A DNA stretch of 64,000 nucleotides from Chloroflexota bacterium (GTDB taxonomy: Bacteria; Chloroflexota; UBA6077; FW602-bin22; JACPRP01). Under the pieces are notes generated by a model. That model was not told the origin of the DNA and did no database searches. It saw only the letters and a list, made by a program, of their open reading frames with translations. Shown here one piece after another: positions 26,567-35,967 of this stretch (within the stretch, counting starts at the first letter, position 1; each line of letters starts with the position of its first letter). The stretch is from the NCBI GenBank assembly GCA_016189905.1, contig JACPRP010000118.1, forward strand, positions 11,478 through 75,477, read 5' to 3'. Made by a program: the position numbers and the translations under genes.

Positions 26567-27604
26567 ATGGGTAACTGGATAACGCGGCTCGCATTGCTAG
26601 CTGGTGTCACGATCCTTGGTCTGGGCACAGCCGTAGGTTGCACCCAGGCCCCCGCAGCGGCGAATACTCCGGAGCAGTTCTACAAAGGAAAAACCCTCAC
26701 TTTCGTCGTGTCTAGTGGCACCGGTGGCGAAAATGATCCGATGGCCCGAATCGTTGCTTCCTACCTTAGCAAGGAGATTGGTGCTACCGTGAGGGTGGAA
26801 AACATGGGCACGGACGAGGGCATCAACTACACGTATAACGAGGCCCCGCAAGACGGTCTCACGATGGTTACCAAGAGCACGGACGCGGTGATATCGAACG
26901 ACATCCTGAAGGCGCCGGGCACGAACTATGAGACCGAGAAGTTCAATTTCGTGGCTGTCCTGGCGCTCTCCGGTAGGGTATTCGAGACAGCGCCCAAGCT
27001 TCCTTACAAAACACTCGATGAGCTGCGAAAGGCTAAGGGATTGAAGGCTGGCGGCACCACCGCTAAGGGGAGCCTGGCCACCAGCGCTGCCTTGATGTTT
27101 GAGATTATGGGCTTGGATGGCAAGGTGATCGCCGGTTACAAAGCGAAGAAAGACCTGACACTCGCCATCGGCCGAAACGAAGTTGATTTTATGGTTACCT
27201 CGGATAATGGCGCGAACAAGGACGAGGCAGACGGCTACGTTGTGAACGTGGCTGTGGTCGGTACCGAGCGAAGTCGGGTGATACCCAACGTGCCGACTCT
27301 GGAGGAGTTCGGGGTAAAGGTTCCCAAGGAGTTGGAGGCTGCCCGCGAATACATGAGCAGTGGCGGGTATTTGGTGGCTCTCACCCCGAACGTGCCCCAG
27401 GATAGGGTCGACTATTTGAGGAAAGCGTTCCAGAAGCTCAACGACGACAAAGACCTCCAGAACGAGGTGGAAAAGCTGACGGGAACGTGGATTCCCTTTG
27501 TACACGGCGCGCAGTTGCAGCAAAAGATGAGCACGATCAAGGCTAACAAAGGCCTGGCCGAGCAGATCGATGCGATATTCAAGAAGTACGCGGCGGCTCA
27601 GTAA
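26567..27604 (+). CDS. Bug/TctC tripartite tricarboxylate transporter substrate-binding lipoprotein (copy 1)
   Basis: Lipobox AVGC; FYKGKT..VV...GG..D..AR, VEN, DGLT, GY......LA..R.EVD, P.VPTL.E. Confidence 0.85.
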   Translation: MGNWITRLALLAGVTILGLGTAVGCTQAPAAANTPEQFYKGKTLTFVVSSGTGGENDPMARIVASYLSKEIGATVRVENMGTDEGINYTYNEAPQDGLTMVTKSTDAVISNDILKAPGTNYETEKFNFVAVLALSGRVFETAPKLPYKTLDELRKAKGLKAGGTTAKGSLATSAALMFEIMGLDGKVIAGYKAKKDLTLAIGRNEVDFMVTSDNGANKDEADGYVVNVAVVGTERSRVIPNVPTLEEFGVKVPKELEAAREYMSSGGYLVALTPNVPQDRVDYLRKAFQKLNDDKDLQNEVEKLTGTWIPFVHGAQLQQKMSTIKANKGLAEQIDAIFKKYAAAQ

Positions 27605-27628
27605 TTACCCTGCGAGCGGAGGAACTGT

Positions 27629-28150
27629 ATGGTAGAGAAAACGAAGACGATGTCACCCGAGCCGGGGCCAAGCGCTACTATTTACGAGCGACACGCCAGG
27701 ATTCGTAAGGAGTTCATCGAGCGGCAGAACACGGGCAAACTGCTGGTCAAATCCAGTGAGCGAGAGTTCCAAACCACGCGCCAGGGGAGAAGCAAATACT
27801 ACCTGTGCCCGACGATCTGGCCTGAGAACGCCCTGCAGGACTGGGCGGTTCTGATGCAGGACCTGGTACTGCACACCGGGAAACACCGCCATCAGGGAGG
27901 CCTCATTATCTTCATCCTTGAAGGTCGCGGCTACACCGTGGTCGAAGGGCAGCGCATGGACTGGAAGAAGGGAGACCTTGTGGCCTTGCCGTTGTTGCCA
28001 GGCGGCGTCGAGCACCAGCATTACAACCTTGAGCCCGGTAAGCCGTGTCGCTGGATAGCCTTCATCTACACGACGATCTACGATCAGACCGGCAGTTTCA
28101 CTGAACAGATAGAGCTATCTCCGCTCTATTCCGGCCCAAAAACGTCTTGA
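27629..28150 (+). CDS. Cupin domain protein (copy 1), gentisate-dioxygenase-like three-His site
   Basis: GKHRHQG..IFILEGRGYT...W.KGD....P...EHQH.N. Confidence 0.85.
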   Translation: MVEKTKTMSPEPGPSATIYERHARIRKEFIERQNTGKLLVKSSEREFQTTRQGRSKYYLCPTIWPENALQDWAVLMQDLVLHTGKHRHQGGLIIFILEGRGYTVVEGQRMDWKKGDLVALPLLPGGVEHQHYNLEPGKPCRWIAFIYTTIYDQTGSFTEQIELSPLYSGPKTS

Positions 28151-28173
28151 TCGAGTCCCCGAAGGAGGATAAG

Positions 28174-29664
28174 ATGAAACTGATGGAAACGGAATTGGAT
28201 GCCGACAAGAAGGCCGCCTTTTATCGGGACCTTGTGGCGGCGGCCGGGGCAGAAAACGTGACCGACAACGAGGTGGTGCGGGCGACGTACGCCTTTGATA
28301 TAAGTCCTAACCTGCCCTGTCTCCCTGAGTTCGTTGTGAAGCCGAAAAGCGTCGCCCAGGTGCAGGAGATACTGAAGACCTGCGACAGATACGTGGTGCC
28401 CGTGACCCCTATCGCCGCCGGGCTGAACGCCGCGGGCACCTGTATCCCCTCGCCGGGCGGCATCGCCCTCGATCTCAGGTGGATGGACAATATCCTGGAG
28501 ATCAACACCGAGGCGGCATACGCTCTGGTGGAGCCGGGCGTTACCTTCGATAAGTTGTCGAGCGCACTGAACAAGGTCGGTTTCCGCACGCACGTCCCCA
28601 CGGCGCCAGGAGGGGCAAGCGTCATGGGTAACTCTTTGAACGGGGCGGGGGAGTTGCCCGGCAGGCACGCCGACCCGATTCTGGCGCTCGAAGCCGTGCT
28701 GCCATCGGGGGAGATCGTTCGGACGGGCTCGGCCGCCGTGCCAGGCGGTAGCTGGCAATCGCCCTCCGGCCCTTACGCCGGTCTTACTCATCTCTTCTGC
28801 TGTTTTGGCACTATGGGTGTGGTCACCAAGATGGCGATTCGTATCTATCCGATCCTCGAGGATCGCAGGGTCCTTATGGTCGGGTTCGACGCGTTTAGTG
28901 CGGCGATGCCTTTTGCAAATGAGGTGCTGCGCTCCGGAATCGCCGAGGCGAGCATCGTCTGGAACCATCATTTCTATAAGAGCTATGATATTGCCGTGAA
29001 AAGGGAAGGGCCACCGGATATGCCTACCGAGCTGTCAGGTGACGCGCGAAAACCGCCCGATTACCTGCCGTACAACATCGTCACCGTCCATATGTCCGGC
29101 TATCGTGACGACATGGACGGTCATCAAAAGACGTGCGACGTTCTGGCAGCCAGGTTTGGGGGCAAGCTTCTGGATCGCCAGGAATGGGAGGACAGAATCC
29201 CCGGCCTCTTTCGCGCGACGGCCCAGTTCTTCACCGAGTACCACGCGCCGAAGATGGAGCACAACAAGAAGTACGGCATGGGCAAATACATCCCGTGGAT
29301 CATACCATCGCCGGCGGCCCGGCTCGTGGGGATCGAGGCGATGGCCTTGGACAAGATGTGTGATGACCTGGGCGCTCAGCCTGTCTTCTACTACGTAAAA
29401 GCCAACGATCGTGGTCGGTCCTGGGTGTTCCGCATCTTCTCCTATTTCGATCCAGACGATCGACAGCTTCACCAGCGGGTGCGCGAAACCTACAACGACA
29501 TGTTCAAGTGGGCGTTGGAGAAGTATAACATCGCCCCCACTCGCCACCGACGAGCCCGAGGCTCAGTGTTAGACCAGTTGGGGGGCTACGGCCATCTACT
29601 GAAGAGCATCAAACAGGTCGTCGATCCCAACAACATCATGAATCCCGGCGTTGGCATCTTTTGA
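28174..29664 (+). CDS. FAD-binding oxidoreductase (VAO/PCMH, GlcD-like)
   Basis: PEFVVKP, GGIALDL..M..I, VEPGVT, LEAVLPSGEI, GTMGVVT, DPNNIMNPG. Confidence 0.9.
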   Translation: MKLMETELDADKKAAFYRDLVAAAGAENVTDNEVVRATYAFDISPNLPCLPEFVVKPKSVAQVQEILKTCDRYVVPVTPIAAGLNAAGTCIPSPGGIALDLRWMDNILEINTEAAYALVEPGVTFDKLSSALNKVGFRTHVPTAPGGASVMGNSLNGAGELPGRHADPILALEAVLPSGEIVRTGSAAVPGGSWQSPSGPYAGLTHLFCCFGTMGVVTKMAIRIYPILEDRRVLMVGFDAFSAAMPFANEVLRSGIAEASIVWNHHFYKSYDIAVKREGPPDMPTELSGDARKPPDYLPYNIVTVHMSGYRDDMDGHQKTCDVLAARFGGKLLDRQEWEDRIPGLFRATAQFFTEYHAPKMEHNKKYGMGKYIPWIIPSPAARLVGIEAMALDKMCDDLGAQPVFYYVKANDRGRSWVFRIFSYFDPDDRQLHQRVRETYNDMFKWALEKYNIAPTRHRRARGSVLDQLGGYGHLLKSIKQVVDPNNIMNPGVGIF

Positions 29665-29666
29665 GT

Positions 29667-29706
29667 CAGACCGGCGCGTCCTTCCGCCGAAGGCCGCGTC
29701 GGTCTG
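29667..29706. repeat. Palindromic repeat (AGACCG family) between convergent genes
   Basis: CAGACCGGCGCG-tccttccgccgaagg-CCGCGTCGGTCTG. Confidence 0.7.
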
Positions 29707-29733
29707 GTCGTTAGGACTGGTCATTAGGACTGC

Positions 29734-31179
29734 TTAAACCCACCTCACCGTGACGACCTTCTTCTCGGTGAAAAACTCTATCGCGTCGCGCCCGTGGGCG
29801 TGCAGGTCTCCAAAGAAAGATCCCTTCCAGCCCGTAAATGTGAAGAACGACATCGGGGCTGGCACGCCGACGTTGATGCCCACCATGCCGCAGCGCACGC
29901 GGTACTTGAACTCCCGCGCCCACTTGCCGCTTCCGGTAAAGATCGCCGTGGCGTTACCATAAGGATTCGCGTCGATTATCCTCAGCGCCTCGTCCAGGTC
30001 TCTCACCTTGATGATGCCGAGCACCGGGCCGAAGATATCTTCGTTAGCGATGACCATTTCTGGCCTCACCTCGTCGAAAATGGTTGGCCCGACGAACCAT
30101 CCATTGCGCAGGCCGTCGCCGTCTAGCTTCCGCCCGTCCAGGAGCAGCCTGGCCCCTTCCTCCACTCCATTTTCGATGTAGCCCAGAACGCGGTCCCGGT
30201 GGCGTCGTGAGATAACGGGCCCCATGTCGACCCGTTCGTCGAGGCCATTGCCCACCTTGATTTGAGAACTGGCCTGCACCAGCTTCGCCTTGAGGGCCTC
30301 GTACACATCGCCGACGGGCAGGACGATGCTGCCTGCCAGACATCGCTCTCCAGCGCAGCCGAAAGCCGAGCCAATGATACCATCCACAGCCGTGTCCAGG
30401 TCGGCGTCCGGCATCACCACGAGGAAGTTCTTCGCCCCGCCCAGACACTGCGCCCGCTTGCCATGCACGGCAGCCTTCTGGTAGACATAACGCGCTACCG
30501 CGCTCGAGCCGACGAAGGATGCTCCGTTTACTTCGTCGCTCTCCAATAGCGCGTCCACCGCTTCTTTGGCTCCGTTAACCAGATTGACGACACCCCGGGG
30601 GAAGCCAGCTTCGTGCATTGTCTGAAACAGGATGTTCTGACTCAGCGGTACCTGCTCCGACGGCTTGACGATGCAGGTGTTGCCACACGCGATGGCGTAC
30701 GGCACGAACCAGAGGGGGACCATAAACGGGAAGTTGAATGGCGGGATCACGCAGAAAACGCCTATCGGCTGACGAATGGACTCGCAATCGATGCCTTTGG
30801 CGATGTCCTCCATATTCGATCCCATCATTAACGATGGAATGCCAGAGGCCACCTCGACGTTCTCGATGCCGCGTCGCACCTCGCCCCTCGCCTCAGCCAG
30901 GGTTTTGCCGTGCTCTTGCACCAGGAGCCTGGATATCTCCTCGAGTCTTTCCTCCAGCAGGTCCTTCAGCCGGAAAAGATACCTTGCCCTGGTCAACGGG
31001 GGAGTTTGTCGCCACTGCTCGAAGCCGTCTCGCGCCGCCTTTATCGCCTCGCCAACCTCGTCTATGGTCGAAAGCGGTACCTCGGCCAGGACCTCATCCG
31101 TCGCTGGATTCCGGACATCTAGAACCTGGCTGGATCGGGATTCCACCCATTGCCCATTGATATAGTTCTTCAGCCTCAT
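29734..31179 (-). CDS. mmsA: CoA-acylating (methyl)malonate-semialdehyde dehydrogenase
   Basis: PFNFP, KPSE, FVGS, GGAKNF, SAFGCAGERCLA, YGNATAIFT, GMVGINVGVPAP, SFFGDLH. Confidence 0.9.
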   Translation of the reverse strand: MRLKNYINGQWVESRSSQVLDVRNPATDEVLAEVPLSTIDEVGEAIKAARDGFEQWRQTPPLTRARYLFRLKDLLEERLEEISRLLVQEHGKTLAEARGEVRRGIENVEVASGIPSLMMGSNMEDIAKGIDCESIRQPIGVFCVIPPFNFPFMVPLWFVPYAIACGNTCIVKPSEQVPLSQNILFQTMHEAGFPRGVVNLVNGAKEAVDALLESDEVNGASFVGSSAVARYVYQKAAVHGKRAQCLGGAKNFLVVMPDADLDTAVDGIIGSAFGCAGERCLAGSIVLPVGDVYEALKAKLVQASSQIKVGNGLDERVDMGPVISRRHRDRVLGYIENGVEEGARLLLDGRKLDGDGLRNGWFVGPTIFDEVRPEMVIANEDIFGPVLGIIKVRDLDEALRIIDANPYGNATAIFTGSGKWAREFKYRVRCGMVGINVGVPAPMSFFTFTGWKGSFFGDLHAHGRDAIEFFTEKKVVTVRWV

Positions 31180-31190
31180 CGCCGTTCCTT

Positions 31191-31745
31191 TCAAGCCAAT
31201 GCCACGGTTATGGCCTTTTGCGGACAATACTGCGAGCACTGTCCACAATCGGGACCGCAACAGCTATCGATATCGTCAGGCACCGCCTTACGCTTGTACA
31301 GTTTCCAGACCTTCGTCGGACAGACGGCCACACAATCACCGCAGCCATCGCACGCATCTTCGTCCACCGTGATCGCCACTTTTTGGCGAGCCACGAGCGC
31401 CGGATCCCGATGCCGCACGATATTGCGGAAATCCACCGTAAGGTCCTTGATCACGGTATATTTCCAGTGCGGCTCGATGACCATCGAAGCCTCGGCCCTT
31501 CTCTGGCAGCTCAGCGCGGGCTGGCCGTTGACGACTACCGCGCAGGCCCCGCACTTGCAATGCTGTGGCCCTTCGCAGCCGTAGCGGAACGAAAGGCCGC
31601 CATCGAAATGCTCCTGGATATATTGCAGCGTCGTGAGAACGCTCAAGTCGTCCGTAAGAGGAACCTGATAGGTGTTGTAGCTCGGCCCTTGATCCGCCTT
31701 AGGATCGTAGCGGTACACCTTAACCGTCGCCGTTTGTTTCCTCAT
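31191..31745 (-). CDS. SdhB/FrdB N-terminal 2Fe-2S domain fused to a 4Fe-4S dicluster ferredoxin
   Basis: VYRYDP, FRYGC..CKCGAC..VNG.P.LSC, VIKDL.VD; CDGCGDC...CP and CCGPDCGQC...CP. Confidence 0.85.
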   Translation of the reverse strand: MRKQTATVKVYRYDPKADQGPSYNTYQVPLTDDLSVLTTLQYIQEHFDGGLSFRYGCEGPQHCKCGACAVVVNGQPALSCQRRAEASMVIEPHWKYTVIKDLTVDFRNIVRHRDPALVARQKVAITVDEDACDGCGDCVAVCPTKVWKLYKRKAVPDDIDSCCGPDCGQCSQYCPQKAITVALA

Positions 31746-31773
31746 AGCCTATCTCTCCACACGGTATGACATC

Positions 31774-33519
31774 TTAACCAAGTACAGCATCCATCTCCGA
31801 CGGTTGGAGGTAAGGGAACTCCTCTAGTGGCTCGGCGCGAATCTTCAAGTCCCCGTCCGTCTGGCTCATAATAATATGCTTTAGCCACGCGGGGTCTGTC
31901 TGAGGGTAGTCGTCTCGCTCGTGAAGTCCCCGGCTCTCTCTTCTGAGGAGAGCGGACTCGAGTACCATCCGCGCGACGTCCGCCATATTCCTGGCTTCCA
32001 ACGCCCCCACCCATTCGCCATTCAGAATTCTCCCTTTGGCGGAGCTATACACCTCCGGTAGGGCATCTTTTCGCACGACGTCCAGGCGGCTCAGGCCCGC
32101 CTTCAGACCATCCTCGGTACGGCCGTAGAACGCGCTAGTAGACAAGATGTTCCTGATCTCCGCCTTGATTTCATATGGCTTTACGCCCCCATTCATTACA
32201 AGCGGCTCCGAGGCGATTTCTGCCAGCCTTTTAACCTGCTTCGGGTCCACCTCGGGGAGAGCTTCATTCGCCACACTGGCCGCCGCGTCCCGGCCGGCCA
32301 CGATTCCCATAGTCATAGCGTATATCAAGCCGTGGCCGGACATCCTGTCGGCGCCATCCTTGCCACCGCTTGCCGACTCGCCAACGGCGTACAGGCCCTC
32401 AAGCTGGGTCCGGCATTTCTCATCGATCCACAGCCCCCCGCACGTGTAATGGCAGGCAGGATAGACCTCCATCCCGTCATAGTGCACGTCTATCCCGTAC
32501 TCTTCCCTCAGCTTGTCCCAGATTCGGCCTCGCTCAGTCCGCTTGATGAAAAGGTCGATCAGGTTTCGCGGCATAACATTGATGGTGAGCCATACGCCGC
32601 CGTGCGGCGACCCTCTACCCTCTTTCACCTCGCGGAAGATGGCTCGTGACTGCGCTTCTCGCAGTACGAACTCCTTCTGGTCGGGGTAATAGCGCTCCAT
32701 AAACCGTTCGCCCTTGCTGTTATACATATGGCCTCGAATGTTGTCGGCCATGCTGTACAGAACGAAGCCCTTGAACACCGGCGGCCAGACCATTGCCAGA
32801 GGCATAAACTGAACGAATTCCATGTCCATCACTTCGGCACCGGCCCGTAGCCCGAGGGCGTGTCCATCACCCACGAGCGAGCTATTCCCCGTACGATGCT
32901 CGTAGCAACCCAGATATCCTCCAGTCGAGATCATCGTGGCCTTGGCATTTATGACCGTGAACTCGCCACTCCTGAGGTCGATCCCTAGCGCCCCGACGAC
33001 CCTCGTGCCGTTAGTCAACAGATCGGTTACGTAGAAGTCTTCCAGGATTTTGGCCCCGCGCTTCCGAACCTGGGCGGGCAGCACACGACGCAGTTCCGTG
33101 CCCAGGAAGCCGCCACGGACGTGGCTTGCTCCCCTGTTGAATGAGTTGCCAAGGCGCACGCCGACGGATGGCTTTCCATCGTTCAAGCGAAGTCGAGATC
33201 CCCATTCCAGTAGCTCGTGTACAACCTCAGCGCCATGGCTGAGTATCGAATGGAGTAGCTTCTGATTGTTCAGGTACTTGCCAGCGACCACGACATCCCG
33301 TACGTGCGCCTCCGGGCTATCAGGGGAATTGATCGCGGCGTTGAAGAACGAGCCGGCCATCCAGGATGCCGCACCATCTTTGCCAAAGGCTCCCTTCGTC
33401 GTGATGACGACGTCCGCCCCGAGGTCACGGGCGTGGATGGCCGCCATCGCGCCGCCGACGCCAGCCCCAATTATCAGCACGTCAGTCTTGATCTGCTGGG
33501 GTTGCTGTATTTCAGTCAC
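31774..33519 (-). CDS. SdhA/FrdA/NadB-family flavoprotein
   Basis: DVLIIGAGVGG, STGG, GDG, DMEFVQF, GERFM, CHYTCGG, GLYAVGE, RESRGLH.R.DYP; GTG start with GGAGG RBS. Confidence 0.9.
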   Translation of the reverse strand: MTEIQQPQQIKTDVLIIGAGVGGAMAAIHARDLGADVVITTKGAFGKDGAASWMAGSFFNAAINSPDSPEAHVRDVVVAGKYLNNQKLLHSILSHGAEVVHELLEWGSRLRLNDGKPSVGVRLGNSFNRGASHVRGGFLGTELRRVLPAQVRKRGAKILEDFYVTDLLTNGTRVVGALGIDLRSGEFTVINAKATMISTGGYLGCYEHRTGNSSLVGDGHALGLRAGAEVMDMEFVQFMPLAMVWPPVFKGFVLYSMADNIRGHMYNSKGERFMERYYPDQKEFVLREAQSRAIFREVKEGRGSPHGGVWLTINVMPRNLIDLFIKRTERGRIWDKLREEYGIDVHYDGMEVYPACHYTCGGLWIDEKCRTQLEGLYAVGESASGGKDGADRMSGHGLIYAMTMGIVAGRDAAASVANEALPEVDPKQVKRLAEIASEPLVMNGGVKPYEIKAEIRNILSTSAFYGRTEDGLKAGLSRLDVVRKDALPEVYSSAKGRILNGEWVGALEARNMADVARMVLESALLRRESRGLHERDDYPQTDPAWLKHIIMSQTDGDLKIRAEPLEEFPYLQPSEMDAVLG

Positions 33520-33557
33520 CTGTTGGCCTCCCTTGAGGTTACCACGATTATGATTGC

Positions 33558-34454
33558 TTACGGAACTGGCGCTACCGGTGGCTTGGCATCCCTTCTTGCC
33601 ACGGGGCAGACCATAATGCACTGCCCACAGCGGTCGCCTCGGCCGATCGGAGCGGCCTCGGCAGCATCCCAGGGGTTCTGATACTTCTGGTATTCTCTCC
33701 ATACCTGGGGGGTTATCTCTTTGGGCAGTGGAGGAGGGTCGCCGACCGGTGGCCGCCACGGACCCTTGACTCCCAGGCGCGACCGGCAGCGCCATTTGTC
33801 GATCAATCCGTGCCGATGCACGCGGCCGCCGATGGTCAGCTCGACGGGCTTGGTGGTGCTGATGGCCCCGACCGGACAGGCCTTGGCGCAGAGATAACCG
33901 CACTTCTCTGCGTCGCAGATCCTTTCCCCTTCGTAAAGTGGATCTGGCTCCAGTTCGGCGTCTGTGATCACTGACACCAGCCTCAATCTCCCTGCCGTCT
34001 GAGGAGTGATCAGCAGCGAGTTCCAGCCGATGTCCCCCAAACCGGCGGCAACGGCGGCGTGGCGATTGGACATCATGCCCACGTTGTTCTCCGAATCGTT
34101 CGGCGGGCTGGTGGGAATCGGCATCGCGATAAAGCCGTTTTTCTCGAGAAGACGGCTGATAGAGAAAGCTGCCTGGGCCAACATCCAGTTCATATTGGCA
34201 TATCCATAGAGCATATACGAGAAAATGGCGTGGCGGTTGCCTGCCCAGGCGAGATCGTTAGCCCGGATCACCCCGTTCAGTTGCCTGGTACCTATGGAGA
34301 TGACGCGACGCCCCTCGCTCAGCAGATCGTTAGGATGCTTCGTCGGCGGTGCCCCTAAGAATCGCTCCACCGGCGCGATGCCGACAAAATCGATGTCCTT
34401 GTTCTCGATGAGGAACTCTTTGATATCCTGGCTGGTGATCGACCTTGGTTTCAT
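33558..34454 (-). CDS. QueG / reductive-dehalogenase-like Fe-S protein (predicted cobalamin binding)
   Basis: VGIAPVERF, HAAVAAGLG.IG.N.LLITP..G.R.RL.SVITDA.LEPD, C...CGYLC..ACP, CGQC..VCP. Confidence 0.8.
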   Translation of the reverse strand: MKPRSITSQDIKEFLIENKDIDFVGIAPVERFLGAPPTKHPNDLLSEGRRVISIGTRQLNGVIRANDLAWAGNRHAIFSYMLYGYANMNWMLAQAAFSISRLLEKNGFIAMPIPTSPPNDSENNVGMMSNRHAAVAAGLGDIGWNSLLITPQTAGRLRLVSVITDAELEPDPLYEGERICDAEKCGYLCAKACPVGAISTTKPVELTIGGRVHRHGLIDKWRCRSRLGVKGPWRPPVGDPPPLPKEITPQVWREYQKYQNPWDAAEAAPIGRGDRCGQCIMVCPVARRDAKPPVAPVP

Positions 34455-34741
34455 TCTTCCTCCTCCTCGGCGATTTTGTGCACGGGGTACGGCAACGGTA
34501 AGAACTACGGTATCAGCGATACCACAGAAACCACTACTACGCCCTCCAGAGCCTGGCTCGGATATCTGGCGCCTGAAGATTTCCTCTTTGGCGAATGGCG
34601 GCCTTAGAACCAGGAGCAGAATACATCGCGGCTGATAGACATTCTTGCGGTGGCTACGATATCATAGGAACTGCCCCTTGTCAACACATTGTGCTGGAAC
34701 ACCATACCTCCGTGGCAAGCGGACATGTGGCAAGCGGACGA

Positions 34742-34770
34742 TTGACACGTGAGCGTCGGAATGCTATATT
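34742..34770 (+). promoter_or_regulatory. Sigma70 promoter with flanking repeats
   Basis: TTGACA-N17-TATATT with extended -10; GTGGCAAGCGGAC twice upstream (34712-34739); CGAA-N5-TTCG at the predicted start site. Confidence 0.65.
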
Positions 34771-34990
34771 GCGAGCGAACTTTATTCGTAACGTCACCTC
34801 TGTCCGAGTCAGTGGCTCTTACCTCGCTGTTGAGGAAGGACGACACCAGGTTTGTGTAATCGGTGCCCTTTAGTACGGCCATCCACATCGTCGTGTTAGA
34901 TTCACCCAACGTTGCACACGCACCGTTGGTATCCCTTGCTTTCATCGTAACCGGTATCAATCCGTCGTCAAGAAAAGATTCTTGGGGGTA

Positions 34991-35722
34991 ATGAAAATGT
35001 ACGGTTGGCGCGGCATACTCGGTCAAATCGGTCCGTCAAGAGGGGACGAGCTTGTTTTCGAGTTCTACCAGATGGCCCCAGAGGGAGTGCTTATTCGGTA
35101 CAGCCACGGCGCGATTCGCCAGCTAGACCGTGAGAACATCGAACGACAGATAGCCAGAATCGAAGAGGTCGCCATCGATCTGGACGAGAGCGGAGTCGAC
35201 CTGATTATGATCGGAGGATCCCCTCTATTCACCACGCAAGGAGTGGGCAGCGATATCACGACTTGCGCGAGGATCCAGCAAAAGGTGAAAGTGCCGGTCA
35301 CGGCCACAGTTACGGCTGAGATTGAGGCGCTTCGGACTATGGGGGCCAAGAAGGTAGTGTTGGCCACGCCTTTCGAAGAATGGCTCAATCAAACCATGAA
35401 GGGCTTTCTGGAAGGATCCGGTTTCGAGGTGGTGAATATGGGGGGCCTGGGAATCAAACGAAACGTCGACCTTGCTCGTGTTCCAGATTACTCCGCCTAC
35501 CGGCTGGCCAAGAAGCTCTACCTGGAAGCCGACACTAAGGCGGATGCGGTCTTTATTCACTGCCCCCGGTGGCCTACTATCAACCATATCGAGCTTCTGG
35601 AGATGGAGCTTGGATGTCCTGTCGTCACCACTAGCCAGTGTGTCACCTGGCACGCTCTCAAGCTGATGGGCATCAGGGATGATATCCAGGGCTACGGCGC
35701 TCTGATGCGCACGCTGGCTTAG
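34991..35722 (+). CDS. Maleate isomerase / arylmalonate decarboxylase family (Asp/Glu racemase superfamily)
   Basis: MYGWRG..G...PS, AL..MGAKKV.LATP, FLE.SGFEV, DAVFIHC, LE.ELG.PVVT. Confidence 0.85.
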   Translation: MKMYGWRGILGQIGPSRGDELVFEFYQMAPEGVLIRYSHGAIRQLDRENIERQIARIEEVAIDLDESGVDLIMIGGSPLFTTQGVGSDITTCARIQQKVKVPVTATVTAEIEALRTMGAKKVVLATPFEEWLNQTMKGFLEGSGFEVVNMGGLGIKRNVDLARVPDYSAYRLAKKLYLEADTKADAVFIHCPRWPTINHIELLEMELGCPVVTTSQCVTWHALKLMGIRDDIQGYGALMRTLA

Positions 35723-35967
35723 CCAGTGCCCTGTCAGGGCGGGGACTTGGGAGTGTCCCCCATCCTTCCTAAGAAGGCCCCTTGTCCGGGGCGGCTGGGT
35801 GGCATCGAAATCCAGAACGGTGTCCTGATTGGGCACAAGGAACGGGAGAGATACCCGGACCACGCCAGGCTGGAAGCGCTCTGGTCCAGCGAACGCCGCG
35901 TGGCAGAGCATTTGAACCGCTATGCAGCAGTCGGAGATGGGAGCGAATCAGAAAAGGGGGTTAGTTT

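Noticed and set aside
33520-33903. N-terminal extension of the 709-aa flavoprotein ORF
   Set aside because: It overlaps the QueG-like gene; the GTG at 33519 has a good RBS and matches the family start.
33558-34454. Respiratory reductive dehalogenase RdhA
   Set aside because: It is short, with no Tat signal and no rdhB anchor; only a QueG/Rdh-superfamily call is supported.
34790-34880. Cobalamin riboswitch upstream of the QueG-like gene (GCCACTG on the minus strand)
   Set aside because: The GGGAA elements and the B12 box are not recognisable; one heptamer is not enough.
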